Source of the DNA: a virus | Length of the DNA: 64,000 bases | IMG/VR virus record: IMGVR_UViG_3300005435_000020 | Span: 1-64,000 of that record | Reading direction: 5' to 3' (one strand) | Shown here: positions 64,000-64,000 of the stretch, one piece after another | How positions within the stretch are numbered: position 1 is the first letter of the stretch | Layout: each line of letters begins with the position of its first letter | Made by a program: the position numbers and the translations under genes | The notes under the pieces: generated by a model | What the model was told of the DNA's origin: nothing | The model's database searches: none | Seen by the model: the letters and a program-made list of their open reading frames with translations, nothing else

Positions 64000-64000
64000 A

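Noticed and set aside
1-64000. Stop-codon reassignment as the explanation for many short ORFs
   Set aside because: Conserved long genes are intact in code 11, and TAA, TAG and TGA all act as coupled stops

Overview
The window is a 64-kb internal segment of a large temperate siphovirus-like bacteriophage or prophage. The genetic code is standard, GTG/TTG starts are common and RBSs are GGAGG-type. The host is probably a monoderm (Terrabacteria); Chloroflexi is only a guess. The + strand (1-49,940) carries five blocks. (i) An early region of small genes driven by a repeated TTGACA-N17-TGnTAGTAT promoter, with ArdC, a ~9-member paralog family, a frameshifted DUF4338/Mom-like gene and a tRNA-Ile(UAU). 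(ii) A SWIM + MoxR AAA+ ATPase + metallopeptidase-vWA module interleaved with 16 small paralogs sharing an N-terminal C-H-H-C / 'YPxAD(I/V)SxC' domain and unrelated C-termini; this is the best candidate for an undescribed system. (iii) A tyrosine recombinase and XRE regulators. (iv) Replication genes: SSAP, primase, a hairpin-rich noncoding block, DnaD-like pair, DnaB, class II RNR and HNH. (v) Nucleotide-metabolism, exported and cell-wall genes, and a large serine recombinase. The - strand (64,000-49,984) is the late tail-to-lysis operon: tape measure, Dit-like, tail protein, glycoside hydrolase, holin-like. Inserted in it are a two-component signalling set (TM-receiver protein, CHASE3-PAS histidine kinase, stand-alone receiver) and an XRE regulator. 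All product calls come from motif recognition by eye, not database searches.
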